Shown here: positions 32,889 to 44,317 of the stretch, in pieces
How positions within the stretch are numbered: the first letter of the stretch is position 1
How the letters are laid out: the number at the start of each line of letters is the position of its first letter
Position numbers and translations under genes: made by a program
The notes under the pieces: model-generated
What the model saw: only the letters and a program-made list of their open reading frames with translations
Database searches by the model: none
What the model was told of the DNA's origin: nothing
Assembly (NCBI GenBank): GCA_963720545.1
Contig: OY970399.1
Location: forward strand, 384,001-448,000
Length of the DNA: 64,000 nucleotides
Reading direction: 5' to 3'
Origin: an uncultured Acidobacteriota bacterium
GTDB lineage: Bacteria > Acidobacteriota > Vicinamibacteria > Fen-336

Positions 32889-32979
32889 CGGTGCTTGTCG
32901 CTCCGCCCCCTGCCGCTTCCATCCCACCCCCAGGCGCTGCGCAGCCCGGCGGGATGGCCCCCACGTCATTGTAGCCGGA

Positions 32980-33642
<663 letters not shown>

Positions 33643-33652
33643 CGCGTCGCGC

Positions 33653-34881
33653 TCATTCGTAGCGCAGCGCTTCCGCCGGGTCGAGACGGGCGGCGTTGCG
33701 CGCCGGATGGATGGTGGCGAGGAACGATATGAGGATGGCGCCGACGACGACGAACGCGGCATCGAGCGGCAGCAGCTTGAAGGGCAGGTAGGAGATCTGG
33801 TACACGTCGGCCGGCATCTGGATGAGCCGGTAGCGGTCGAGCACCTGGCAGGCCACGAACCCCAGGACGGCGCCGAAGGCGGTGCCGACGGCGCCGATGA
33901 TCGTGCCCTGCAGCATGAAGAGCGCGAGGATCGAGCGCGACGAGGCGCCCATCGAGACCAGGATCGCGATGTCCTTGTGCTTCTCCATCACCAGCAGCAC
34001 CAGCGTCGCCACGATGTTGAGGGCCGCGACCAGGATGACGAGGCCAATGGCGAGGGCGATGGCCGTCTTCTCCAGCCACAAGGCGGCGAACAGGCTCTGG
34101 TTCTGCTCGATCCAGTCGCTCGTCAAAAAGTCGTCGCCGAGCGCCGCGACCAGCGTCTTCGCCACTTCCTTGACCGCGTAGATGTTGTCGATCTTCACCT
34201 CGACGAGGCTCTCGGCGGCGCCCGGGTCGAAAAGGTGTGGCGCCGACTGCAGCGCCACGTACGCCCACCCGGAATCGAACTCGTAGAGGCCCGACTTCAC
34301 CGTGCCGGCGACGCGCAGCTTGCGCACCGACGGGATGATCCCCATCGGCGTCAGCCGGCCGTTCGGCGAGACGAACGTCACCACGTCCCCCTTGGCGGCG
34401 CCGATCTTGAGGGCGAGGTCGTGGCCCAGCAGGATTGGGTCGGGTTCGCCGTCCTTCACCTTGAGGTCCGCGGCGGAGCCGGTGTGGATCTGGTCGAGCA
34501 GGTCGGTGACGCTGCGTTCGGCCTGCGGGTCGACGGCCTTGATGGTGACCGGCTGCGAGCGCAAGTCGCCCTGCACGAGCCCCATCGAATAGAGCGCGGG
34601 TGCGGCGCCCAGCACGTGCGGGATGGTGCGCACCCGCGCGGCCACGTCGCCGAGATCGTCGAAGGTGCCGCGCTGCGACGTGAAGATGCTGATGTGCGCG
34701 GTGGTGCCGAGGATGCGGGCGCGGATCTCGCGCTGCAGCCCGGTGCTGAGCGCGAGCGCGATCATCAGCGCCATGACGCCCACGGCCACGCCGGTCATGG
34801 CGATCACCGAAATCACAGAGATGAACGCCTGCTTGCGCTTGGCGGCGAGGTAGCGGACGGCGATCTCGAGCTCGTAGGGCA

Positions 34882-34882
<1 letters not shown>
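33653..34882 (-). CDS. Lipoprotein-releasing ABC permease LolC/E
   Basis: IAVRYL..KRKQAFISVIS, VAALNIVATL and DPAEALRYE motifs. Confidence 0.9.
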
Positions 34883-36440
<1,558 letters not shown>

Positions 36441-36444
<4 letters not shown>

Positions 36445-36857
36445 CGCGCCACCGCACGCGCGCTGCGCATGATCGCGTCGAGGATGCCGTTCACGAATGA
36501 CGGCGCTTCCGCCTCCGAGAACCGCTTCGCCATCTCCACCGCCTCGTCGATGATCACCGACGGCGGCGTCTGCGGCTCGTAGAGCAGTTCGTAGGCGCCG
36601 ATGCGCAGTATGCCGCGGTCGATGGCGGCGATGCGCGACGGCCTCCAGTTCTTGACCGCGCCGTCGATCGCGCCGTCGATCGCTTCGGCGTGCCGCGCCG
36701 TGCCCGTGGCGAGGCGCTCGGCGATCACGCGGGTCTCGTCGGCGGTCGAGCGCAGCGTCCAGAAGCGCTCGGCGACCCGCTCGATCGCGTCGCCGCTGAG
36801 CTGCCACTGGTAGATCATCTGCAGTGCGCACTCGCGCGCCTTGGTGCGGCGGCCCAT
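36441..36857 (-). CDS. nusB: Transcription antitermination factor NusB
   Basis: [22 protein letters not shown] and FVNGILD motifs. Confidence 0.95.
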
Positions 36858-36860
36858 CGC

Positions 36861-37361
36861 CTAGCGGCCCGTGCGCGCCGTGGCGCGCAGCGACTCGACC
36901 ATGTGCAGGGCCGCGCGCGCCGCCTCGGCGCCCTTGTTCGCGGCGCCCGGCACGGAGCGTGCCTGCGCCTGTTGGATGTCATGCGCCGTCAGCACGCCGA
37001 AGCCCACCGGCACGCCGGTGTCGAGGGCGACACGCGCGAGGCCGTCCGTCGCCGCGCGGCAGATGTGCTCGTAGTGGTCGGTGTCGCCGCGGATCACGGC
37101 GCCGAGCGCCACCACCGCGTCGAAACGCTTGCTGCGCGCCACCGCCTGCGCAAGCAGCGGCAGCTCGAAGGCGCCGGGAGCCACGAACACCGCGATGCTC
37201 GATGCCGCGACGCCCGCCGCCAGCAGCGCCGACTGCGCGCCGTCCGCGAGACCCGCGACCACCGCGTCGTTGAAAGCCGCGCGCACGATTGCCACCCGCA
37301 CGCCGCGGCCGCGCGGCGTGAGCCGGACTCCCTTCGTGAGGGCGAAGGCAGCCTTCTTCAC
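36861..37361 (-). CDS. ribH: 6,7-dimethyl-8-ribityllumazine synthase
   Basis: [19 protein letters not shown] and NKGAEAA motifs; ribH-nusB synteny. Confidence 0.95.
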   Translation of the reverse strand: MKKAAFALTKGVRLTPRGRGVRVAIVRAAFNDAVVAGLADGAQSALLAAGVAASSIAVFVAPGAFELPLLAQAVARSKRFDAVVALGAVIRGDTDHYEHICRAATDGLARVALDTGVPVGFGVLTAHDIQQAQARSVPGAANKGAEAARAALHMVESLRATARTGR

Positions 37362-38140
37362 TTTCCCTGGAATTTCGCCGGCCGCTTTTCGAGGAAGGCG
37401 CGCGTGCCTTCCTGCATGTCACCGGTGGTGCAGATGAGGCCGAAGAGCGTCGCCTCGTAGCGCTGCGCCTCGTCGAGCCCCATCTCGAGGCCGGCGTTCA
37501 CGGCGTCGATCGTGAAGCGCAGCGACACCGGCCCGTTCGCCAGCATCTTGCGCAACAGCGCCTCGCTCTCGGCCAGCAGCTTCTCGGCGCTCACCACGCG
37601 GTTCGCGAGTCCGATGCGAAGCGCTTCGGCCGCATCCACCATCTCGCCGCTCAGCAGGATCTCGAGCGCGCGCCCGCGGCCGACGAGCCGCGGCAGCCGC
37701 TGGCTGCCCGCGTAGCCGCACATGATGCCGAGCTTCACCTCGGGAGTGCCGAAGCGCGCGTTTTCGGACGCGATGCGCAGGTGCGCCGCCATCGCCAGCT
37801 CGCAGCCGCCGCCGAGGGCGAAGCCGTTGACCGCCGCGATCACCGGTTTGGGGAAGCGCTCGATGCGGTCGAGCGTGGCCTGGCCGCGCAGCGACCGCTC
37901 GCGGCCCTCGATCGGCGTCTGCTGCGCCAGCTCGGCGATGTCGGCGCCAGCGACGAACGCCTTGGGACCGGCGCCGGTCAGGATCACGCCGCGCACCTCC
38001 GCGTCGTCCGCGAGTTCCGCGAACAGCGCGTCGAGCTCGGTCATGGTGGCGTCGTTGAGGGCGTTCAGCTTGTCGGGCCGGTTGACGGTGACGATCGCCA
38101 CCGCGTCGCGCTTTTCGACGAGCAGGTTCTGGAAGGCCAT
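37358..38140 (-). CDS. Enoyl-CoA hydratase (crotonase)
   Basis: FVAGADI, ALGGGCELA and PEVKLG motifs. Confidence 0.93.
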   Translation of the reverse strand: MAFQNLLVEKRDAVAIVTVNRPDKLNALNDATMTELDALFAELADDAEVRGVILTGAGPKAFVAGADIAELAQQTPIEGRERSLRGQATLDRIERFPKPVIAAVNGFALGGGCELAMAAHLRIASENARFGTPEVKLGIMCGYAGSQRLPRLVGRGRALEILLSGEMVDAAEALRIGLANRVVSAEKLLAESEALLRKMLANGPVSLRFTIDAVNAGLEMGLDEAQRYEATLFGLICTTGDMQEGTRAFLEKRPAKFQGK

Positions 38141-38142
38141 GG

Positions 38143-39021
38143 CTACAAGAGCCCCGCGACCGGCTGCGGCGGGTCGGACTTGTAGTCGTAGAAGCCGCGG
38201 CCGGTCTTGCGGCCGTGCAGGCCGGCCTGCACCATGCGCTTCAGCAGCGGCGGCGGCGCGAAGCGCCTCTCGCGGAATTCGTCGAACATGATGTTGGCGA
38301 TGTAGTAGGTGGTGTCGAGGCCGACGAAGTCGAGCAGCGTGAACGGGCCCATCGGATAGCCGCAGCCGAGCTTCATGCCTTCGTCGATGTCCGGCACGGA
38401 GCCGGCACCCTCTTCGAGCGCGCGGATGGCGTCGAGCAGGTACGGCACCAGCAGGCGGTTGACGATGAAGCCGGTCTTGTCCGAGGCACGCACCGGCGTC
38501 TTGCCCAGGGTCTTGGCGAACTCGTAGGCGCTTTCGTAGGCTGCGGCGTTCGTGAGCGGACCGCGCACCACCTCGACGAGCTTCATGAGGGGCACCGGGT
38601 TGAAGAAGTGCAGGCCGACAAACTGGCCCGGCCGCCGGGTCATCGCCGCCATTTCGGTGATCGACAGCGACGAGGTGTTCGAGGCAAAGATCGTCTCCGG
38701 CTTGCAGGCGGCGTCGAGGGCGCCGTACATCTCGCGCTTCAGGTCGAGGTTCTCGACCACCGCCTCGATGACCAGATCGCAGTCCTTGAGGTCGGAGACC
38801 GCTGTGGTGCCGCGGATGCGCGCCATCACTTCGGCCATCTTCTCCGCCGTCACCTTGCCGCGCTCGACGCCTTTCTTGAGGAAGCCCTCGATCCGGCCGA
38901 GCCCCTTCTTCAGGACGTCGTCCGTGACCTCGCGTACCACCACCTCGTAGCCGGCCTCGGCGCAGATCTGCGCGATGCCCGAGCCCATCAAGCCGCAGCC
39001 GACGACACCGACCTTCTTCAC
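38143..39021 (-). CDS. hbd: 3-hydroxybutyryl-CoA dehydrogenase
   Basis: GCGLMGSGIA, SNTSS, HFFNP and GFIVNR motifs; GTG start at 39021. Confidence 0.92.
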   Translation of the reverse strand: MKKVGVVGCGLMGSGIAQICAEAGYEVVVREVTDDVLKKGLGRIEGFLKKGVERGKVTAEKMAEVMARIRGTTAVSDLKDCDLVIEAVVENLDLKREMYGALDAACKPETIFASNTSSLSITEMAAMTRRPGQFVGLHFFNPVPLMKLVEVVRGPLTNAAAYESAYEFAKTLGKTPVRASDKTGFIVNRLLVPYLLDAIRALEEGAGSVPDIDEGMKLGCGYPMGPFTLLDFVGLDTTYYIANIMFDEFRERRFAPPPLLKRMVQAGLHGRKTGRGFYDYKSDPPQPVAGLL

Positions 39022-40199
39022 TGTTCTTCCCTCTTGATGATCATCGCGATTCCCTGGCCGCCGCCAATGCACGCCGTCGCGAGTCCGTGGCGCGCCTTGC
39101 GGCGCTGCAGCTCGAGCGCCAGTGTCAGAAGCAGGCGCGTGCCGGTGGCGCCCAGCGGATGGCCCAGGGCGATGGCACCGCCGTTCACGTTGGTGCGGTT
39201 GCGGTCGAGGCCAAGGTCTTTCTCGACCGCAAGATACTGGCCCGCGAAAGCTTCGTTCACCTCGACGAGGTCGATGTCCCTGAGCTCCAGGCCGGCGGCC
39301 GCAAGCGCCTTGCGAGACGCCGGCACTGGCCCGATGCCCATGACGTCGGGCGGCACGCCGGCGATTCCCCAGGACACCACGGATGCGATCGGCCGCAGGC
39401 CGCGCGCCTGCGCTTCCTCGCGGCTCGCGACCACCAGCGCCGCGGCGCCGTCGACGATGCCGCTCGCGTTGCCGGCGGTCACCGAGCCGTCCTTGCCGAA
39501 CGCCGGCCGCAGCGCTGCGAGTCCCTCGAGAGTCGTCTCGGGCCGCAGGTGGTCGTCGACCTCGACGCGCGTCGTCTTGCGGCCCTCGACGACGTCCACG
39601 GCGACGATCTCGTCCCTGAAGACGCCGCGGCCCAGCGCCGCGGCGGCGCGCTGCTGGCTCAGGAACGCGTATTCGTCCATCGCTTCGCGCGAGATGCCGT
39701 GCTCCTTCGCGAGTTTGTCCGAGGTCTGCGCCATGTAGAGCCCGCAGTACGTGTCGAGGAGCGCCACCATCAGCGAGTCTTCGAGCTTGCCCTCGCCGAG
39801 GCGGAAGCCGGAGCGCGCGCCGCGCACGACGTGCGGCGCCTGCGTCATGTTCTCCATGCCGCCCGCGAGTGCCAGCTTCGATTCGCCGAGGCGGATCATC
39901 TGCGCCGCCGAAACCACCGACTGGATGCCGGAGCCGCACAGCCTGTTGACGGTGAGGGCCGGCGACTCGATCGGCACGCCGGCGCGCAGCCCGACGTGGC
40001 GCGCGCCGTAGATGGCGTCGCCCGAGGTCTGCAAGGCGTTGCCCATCACCACGTGGTCCACCCATTCGGGGCTCGCACCCGCGCGCTCGAGGGCCCCTTT
40101 GGCGGCAGCCGCACCCAGTTCGAGGGCGGACGCGTTGCGGAAGGCGCCGACATACTCCACCATGGGAGTGCGGGCACCCCCGGCGATGACAACGTCCAC
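39018..40199 (-). CDS. Acetyl-CoA C-acyltransferase (thiolase)
   Basis: NRLCGSG, NEAFA, GHPLGATG and CIGGG motifs. Confidence 0.95.
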   Translation of the reverse strand: MDVVIAGGARTPMVEYVGAFRNASALELGAAAAKGALERAGASPEWVDHVVMGNALQTSGDAIYGARHVGLRAGVPIESPALTVNRLCGSGIQSVVSAAQMIRLGESKLALAGGMENMTQAPHVVRGARSGFRLGEGKLEDSLMVALLDTYCGLYMAQTSDKLAKEHGISREAMDEYAFLSQQRAAAALGRGVFRDEIVAVDVVEGRKTTRVEVDDHLRPETTLEGLAALRPAFGKDGSVTAGNASGIVDGAAALVVASREEAQARGLRPIASVVSWGIAGVPPDVMGIGPVPASRKALAAAGLELRDIDLVEVNEAFAGQYLAVEKDLGLDRNRTNVNGGAIALGHPLGATGTRLLLTLALELQRRKARHGLATACIGGGQGIAMIIKREEQ

Positions 40200-40349
40200 T
40201 GAACTTGTCTCCTGGTTGAGGGCGCGGCCGTTGCTCCCCCCGCGTCACTGCGCGCGGCAAAACGGGCGACAACAGGCCGCTTTTTCCTCACAAATTGTAG
40301 CACGCGCTTGACTTCCGGCACGGCGTCCGGCTACCGTCGAACGACTCGA

Positions 40350-41420
40350 ATGAGCCCACGCGCGACGCACTTCGCCCTTCCCCTGCTGCTCGCCGCAACC
40401 GCGCTTTGCGCGGCGTGCGCCGGCGGCGACGACGGCGAGGCCGCGGCTCCGCAGCCGGTGAGGCTCGCACGAGTGCCGCCCGCGGCGCGGCTCTTGTTCA
40501 CCGCCAACCTCTACGCCGAGGCGGCATCCGGTGGGCGCGAGCTCTATGCGTGCAACGCCGACGGCACGGGCGTCACGCGCCTCACCTTCTGCAACGAAAA
40601 CGACCCCTGCGACACGGTCACCGCATCGCCCGCGGCCGACCGCGCGCGGATTCTCGCGACGCGCCGCGCGGACGCCAACGGCGACGGTGTCTTTGGCGCG
40701 GGCGACCCGCTCGAGATGCTGTATCTCGACGTCTCGCGCCAGGTGCAGGCTGCGTTCGCCGCGGCGGTACAGGGCGCGAGCGGCGCCGACTGGACGCCGG
40801 CCGCCGACTTCACGGCGATCACCGCCACCGGCACCGGCAACCTCGACGACTTGTTCCTCACCGACGGCAAGGGCACGACCAACGACACCAGCATCTTCCG
40901 TAACTTCACCTCGACGCCGACACAGGTGGAACGGGGCCCGCGCATGCGCGCCGACGGCAACGCGGCCGCGTTCGAGCGCATCGCCGACGGCTCGCCGTCC
41001 GCGATCTTCTTCGCGTCGGTCGGGCTGCCGACCGCGGTAACCGCCAAGACGCCCGGCGGCGAACTGCTGCCCGGCACGGTGTATCGGGTCGGTTCGGATG
41101 CCGACCCCGCGTTCTCGCCCGACGGCAACTCGATCGTGTTTCGCCGGCTGACAGCGGTTACCGCCGACGGCAAGGGCCAGTGGGACATCCTGGTGGCGGT
41201 CGCCGACGCGAGCGGCCTGCGCACCATAGCCTCGGGTCCGGTGTTTCGCGGCGCTCCCGACTGGAGCGAACTCGGCATCGTCTTCCCGGAGGCCGACGCC
41301 GCGGGCACGGTGTCGCTCGTCGTAGTCGATCCCGCGACCAACAACCGCTCGGTGCTGCTCACAGCGCCAGCAGGCCGGACGCTTTCAAACCCGCGATGGC
41401 TCGCGGCTCAGGCGCAGTGA
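40350..41420 (+). CDS. TolB/PD40-like beta-propeller lipoprotein
   Basis: Lipobox-like LCAAC; DPAFSPDG, APDWS and NPRW propeller motifs. Confidence 0.7.
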   Translation: MSPRATHFALPLLLAATALCAACAGGDDGEAAAPQPVRLARVPPAARLLFTANLYAEAASGGRELYACNADGTGVTRLTFCNENDPCDTVTASPAADRARILATRRADANGDGVFGAGDPLEMLYLDVSRQVQAAFAAAVQGASGADWTPAADFTAITATGTGNLDDLFLTDGKGTTNDTSIFRNFTSTPTQVERGPRMRADGNAAAFERIADGSPSAIFFASVGLPTAVTAKTPGGELLPGTVYRVGSDADPAFSPDGNSIVFRRLTAVTADGKGQWDILVAVADASGLRTIASGPVFRGAPDWSELGIVFPEADAAGTVSLVVVDPATNNRSVLLTAPAGRTLSNPRWLAAQAQ

Positions 41421-41451
41421 GGGGCTTCGCTTCGCCATTGGCGCTGGCGCA

Positions 41452-42360
41452 GTGAGGCGCATCTCTACGCCGCCGGCACACGCGCTACACTTCTTCTTCC
41501 TTTTTCTCTTCCTCCTGATTACGGCCGTAACCCGGGCGCAAGCCCCTCCCGATCCTCAGGCGCCGCAGCGGCTCGCGGCCCTGTTCGCGCCGGCGCCGGT
41601 GCCCCGCGCGATCGACTCGGTGTTCCGCTACCAGTTGAGGAACGGCGAGGGCTACGCGCAGGATTTCGCGATCGACACCGAGGCTTCGGTTTCGCCGTGG
41701 GCCGGCAGCGACGCAGCCGCCACCCGCTCGCTCGCACCGTTTGCCACCAAGTCGGATGGCTCGGTCTTCGCGCTCTGGGTCGCCGGTTCGCGCAACCTCG
41801 ACAACGCACCGGTAGTTCTGCTCGATTCCGAAGGCCAGGCAAGCGCCGTGCTCGCCGCCAACCTGCACGAGTTTCTCGGCCTCGTGGCGCTCGGTTCGTC
41901 GCTTCCCGACACGACGCCCGCGTCGCTCGAGGACGCGCCCGACCTCGAAAACTTCCGCCGCTTCCTGCGCACCGACCTGTCGGTCGGCGCCGCCCTCGGG
42001 CCGGCGGCGAGCGCAATCATGACGCGAGCCCGCGCAACGAATCCGGGGCTGCAGCGCTGGCTCGAGGGCCACCCGCCGCTGCTGCGCGTGGCGGCGCGGC
42101 CCAAGGGCCCGCAGTCGCCGGCGCCTGCGGTCAAAATGCTCTCGCCATCGACCGCTCGGCCCGGAACGGCTCCGACAATCGTGCGACCCGTGAACTCCGC
42201 GAGCCCGTCACCTTCACGATCACCGTCATCGTCAGCGTCACCGTCACCAGCACGGTCCCCATCATCAACGGGCGCCCCGCGTGCGACGCCGCAGCCAACA
42301 CCGGTGCCGCGCGCCACCCCGCGTCCGACTCCGCGGCCAACCCCTTCGCCCACGCCTTAG
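41452..42360 (+). CDS. Secreted hypothetical protein, SMI1/KNR4(SUKH)-like core with Pro/Ser/Thr-rich tail
   Basis: Hydrophobic N-terminus; PFA..SDGSVFALW...PVVLLDSEGQ..VLAANLHEFL; tail of SPSP/PRPTP repeats. Confidence 0.5.
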   Translation: MRRISTPPAHALHFFFLFLFLLITAVTRAQAPPDPQAPQRLAALFAPAPVPRAIDSVFRYQLRNGEGYAQDFAIDTEASVSPWAGSDAAATRSLAPFATKSDGSVFALWVAGSRNLDNAPVVLLDSEGQASAVLAANLHEFLGLVALGSSLPDTTPASLEDAPDLENFRRFLRTDLSVGAALGPAASAIMTRARATNPGLQRWLEGHPPLLRVAARPKGPQSPAPAVKMLSPSTARPGTAPTIVRPVNSASPSPSRSPSSSASPSPARSPSSTGAPRATPQPTPVPRATPRPTPRPTPSPTP

Positions 42361-42462
42361 CCACCACCTCAGCCAACGCCCCGCGCTAGCAACCGCTCGC
42401 CTGCGGCTTTGCCATGAGACGGCTCCCCCGAAACCGCGCCATCGTCTTCCGTCCGTAACGTC

Positions 42463-42588
42463 ATCTCGAGTCGCACTCCTCGTTGTCGTTGCGACTCGAG
42501 ATTGTCGTTGCGAGAGTTCGTACCCAGGATGCCTGCCGTTGGGGTGTTCGTTCCTTCACTCCGCGCAACTGCGTCCAGACGCAGTTGC
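42463..42588. repeat. Two long perfect inverted repeats in a convergent intergenic region
   Basis: ATCTCGAGTCGCA/TGCGACTCGAGAT (42463-42502) and GCAACTGCGT/ACGCAGTTGC (42565-42588). Confidence 0.8.
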
Positions 42589-42658
42589 TCAGCTGCCGCG
42601 GGGTTCTTCGCCGCGAACCAAGACGCGACCGCCGCTCAGAACTTCGGGCCTACCGTGC

Positions 42659-44317
42659 TCAGAACCTCGGGGGCGCTTCCCGGCCGCTGCGCCAGAAGGG
42701 CACGTAGCCAGGGTCGGCTCGCTCGGTTGCAAGGCGTGCGAGACGCGCTTCGTCCACCGTATAGACGTAGATGGAAAACCCGAGGCGCGCGTCGGGCGGC
42801 TCCACCGTGAGCCAGTCGAGGCAGCCCTCGTCGATGCGCCGCGGGCGATGCACCTCGGCCGCGTGCAGCGCGTAGCGTCCCGGCGCGGGCGTGCACGGCG
42901 GCGGCGCGTAGTCGATGCCCCAGCGTTCGGGCCGCCCGCAGTAGTACGTATAGAAGATGCGGCCGGCGGCGGTTGCCCGCTGCCACTCGGCGAGCCGCCT
43001 CTGGTCCTGGCCCCAGTCGTCGCCCACCACGAAGAAGCGTGGGCCGTTCGTGGCACCGCCGGCCCAGGCGTTGAAGAACATCAAGTGGTGCGGATGGACG
43101 GCAAGGCTCTCGACGGCGCCGGCCGCGAGGCAGGCCGCGACGAAGATGCGGCCCGCGCGTCCCGACTCGTCCGCGAGCCGTGCCGCCGCCTGTGCCACCC
43201 ACAGGATCACGAACGGAAACGCCGGCAGCAGGTAGCGGATGCCGCGCTGCATGACGCCGGCGCTCAGCACCGCCAGCAGGATGGCCGGAAACACCAGGAG
43301 CGCTGCGTCGAGCAGCCAGGAAGATGCCGGGCGGCGCCGCAGCCGTGCGAGCACACTGGCGACAAACAGGACTTGCGCCGCAATCGTCGTCTTCACCGCC
43401 GCCACGGCGAGGTAGAACCACCACACGCCGGAGAGGAAGGTATGGCCGAAGGCGTAGGCGACGTGCTCGGTCGCGCCGAGTTGCCACTGCCGCAGCAGCC
43501 CGTCGAAGAAGCGGCCCGCGGGGATCGGCCCGAGCCGCCGCGGCAAGAAAGGCAGTGCCTGTGCGAGCGGCGCGAGCGGCACAAAGCTGATGCGAAACCC
43601 GTAGATCGCCCAGACCACGAACCCAGCGGCACAGGCAAGCGCCGCGAGGTGGGAGAACGCCCGCTGCCAGGCGCGCGACTCGCTGCGCCGCACGATCACG
43701 ACGAGGGCCGCCGCCGCACACGGCACGGTGAGCACCATCGTCGACTTGCACGCGAGCCCGAGCCCAAGCGCCACACCGATGCCCGCCGCGCGCCGCCACG
43801 CCGGCTGCCGCGCGTACCGCACGAACGCGAACAACAGGCCGCAGCCGGCCGCTGCCGCCCACGCGTCGTGTGTGGCGAGGGCACCATTGCCAAGGATCGC
43901 CGGCGAGACTGTCCACAACGCTTGTGCGATGAACCGCGCCGACGGCGAAAACGCTCCCGCCGCGAGCCCCAGCAGGAAGCCGCCGGCAAGCACGGCGGCG
44001 ATGGTGGCGGCACGCGCCCGAAACAGCGCCTTGCGGATCCCCTCGGGCGGCTTGCTCCAGAGGATCATGTTGGCTGCCTGCGCCGCGTGCCGCGGCACCG
44101 CGGCCACCTCGCCCCCGAAGAGCGCCATCGAGGCCGCGAACCCCCACTTGGGCAGCGCCAGCGCCTCGGGATTGAAGATGTAGTCGCCGTGGCTGCCAAG
44201 GAGCGCGGCAGAGGTGATGTAAGTGGGCTCGTCGGCGGTGTCCGACTTGTCCCACGCGGTGCGACTGAGAAGGATGAGTTGCAGCGCGAGCAGCAGGAGC
44301 GCCGCGCGACCGGCCAT
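42659..44317 (-). CDS. GT-C membrane glycosyltransferase (ArnT/PMT-like)
   Basis: Start MAGRAALLL; DTADEPTY acidic motif after TM1; many TMs; GIRYLLP and DWGQD motifs. Confidence 0.75.
   Translation of the reverse strand: MAGRAALLLLALQLILLSRTAWDKSDTADEPTYITSAALLGSHGDYIFNPEALALPKWGFAASMALFGGEVAAVPRHAAQAANMILWSKPPEGIRKALFRARAATIAAVLAGGFLLGLAAGAFSPSARFIAQALWTVSPAILGNGALATHDAWAAAAGCGLLFAFVRYARQPAWRRAAGIGVALGLGLACKSTMVLTVPCAAAALVVIVRRSESRAWQRAFSHLAALACAAGFVVWAIYGFRISFVPLAPLAQALPFLPRRLGPIPAGRFFDGLLRQWQLGATEHVAYAFGHTFLSGVWWFYLAVAAVKTTIAAQVLFVASVLARLRRRPASSWLLDAALLVFPAILLAVLSAGVMQRGIRYLLPAFPFVILWVAQAAARLADESGRAGRIFVAACLAAGAVESLAVHPHHLMFFNAWAGGATNGPRFFVVGDDWGQDQRRLAEWQRATAAGRIFYTYYCGRPERWGIDYAPPPCTPAPGRYALHAAEVHRPRRIDEGCLDWLTVEPPDARLGFSIYVYTVDEARLARLATERADPGYVPFWRSGREAPPRF

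Noticed and set aside
42190..42360. Short tandem-like DNA repeats (also 27345-27480 and 17290-17365)
   Set aside because: They encode Pro/Ser/Ala-rich protein linkers with varied codons and are not independent DNA repeats.
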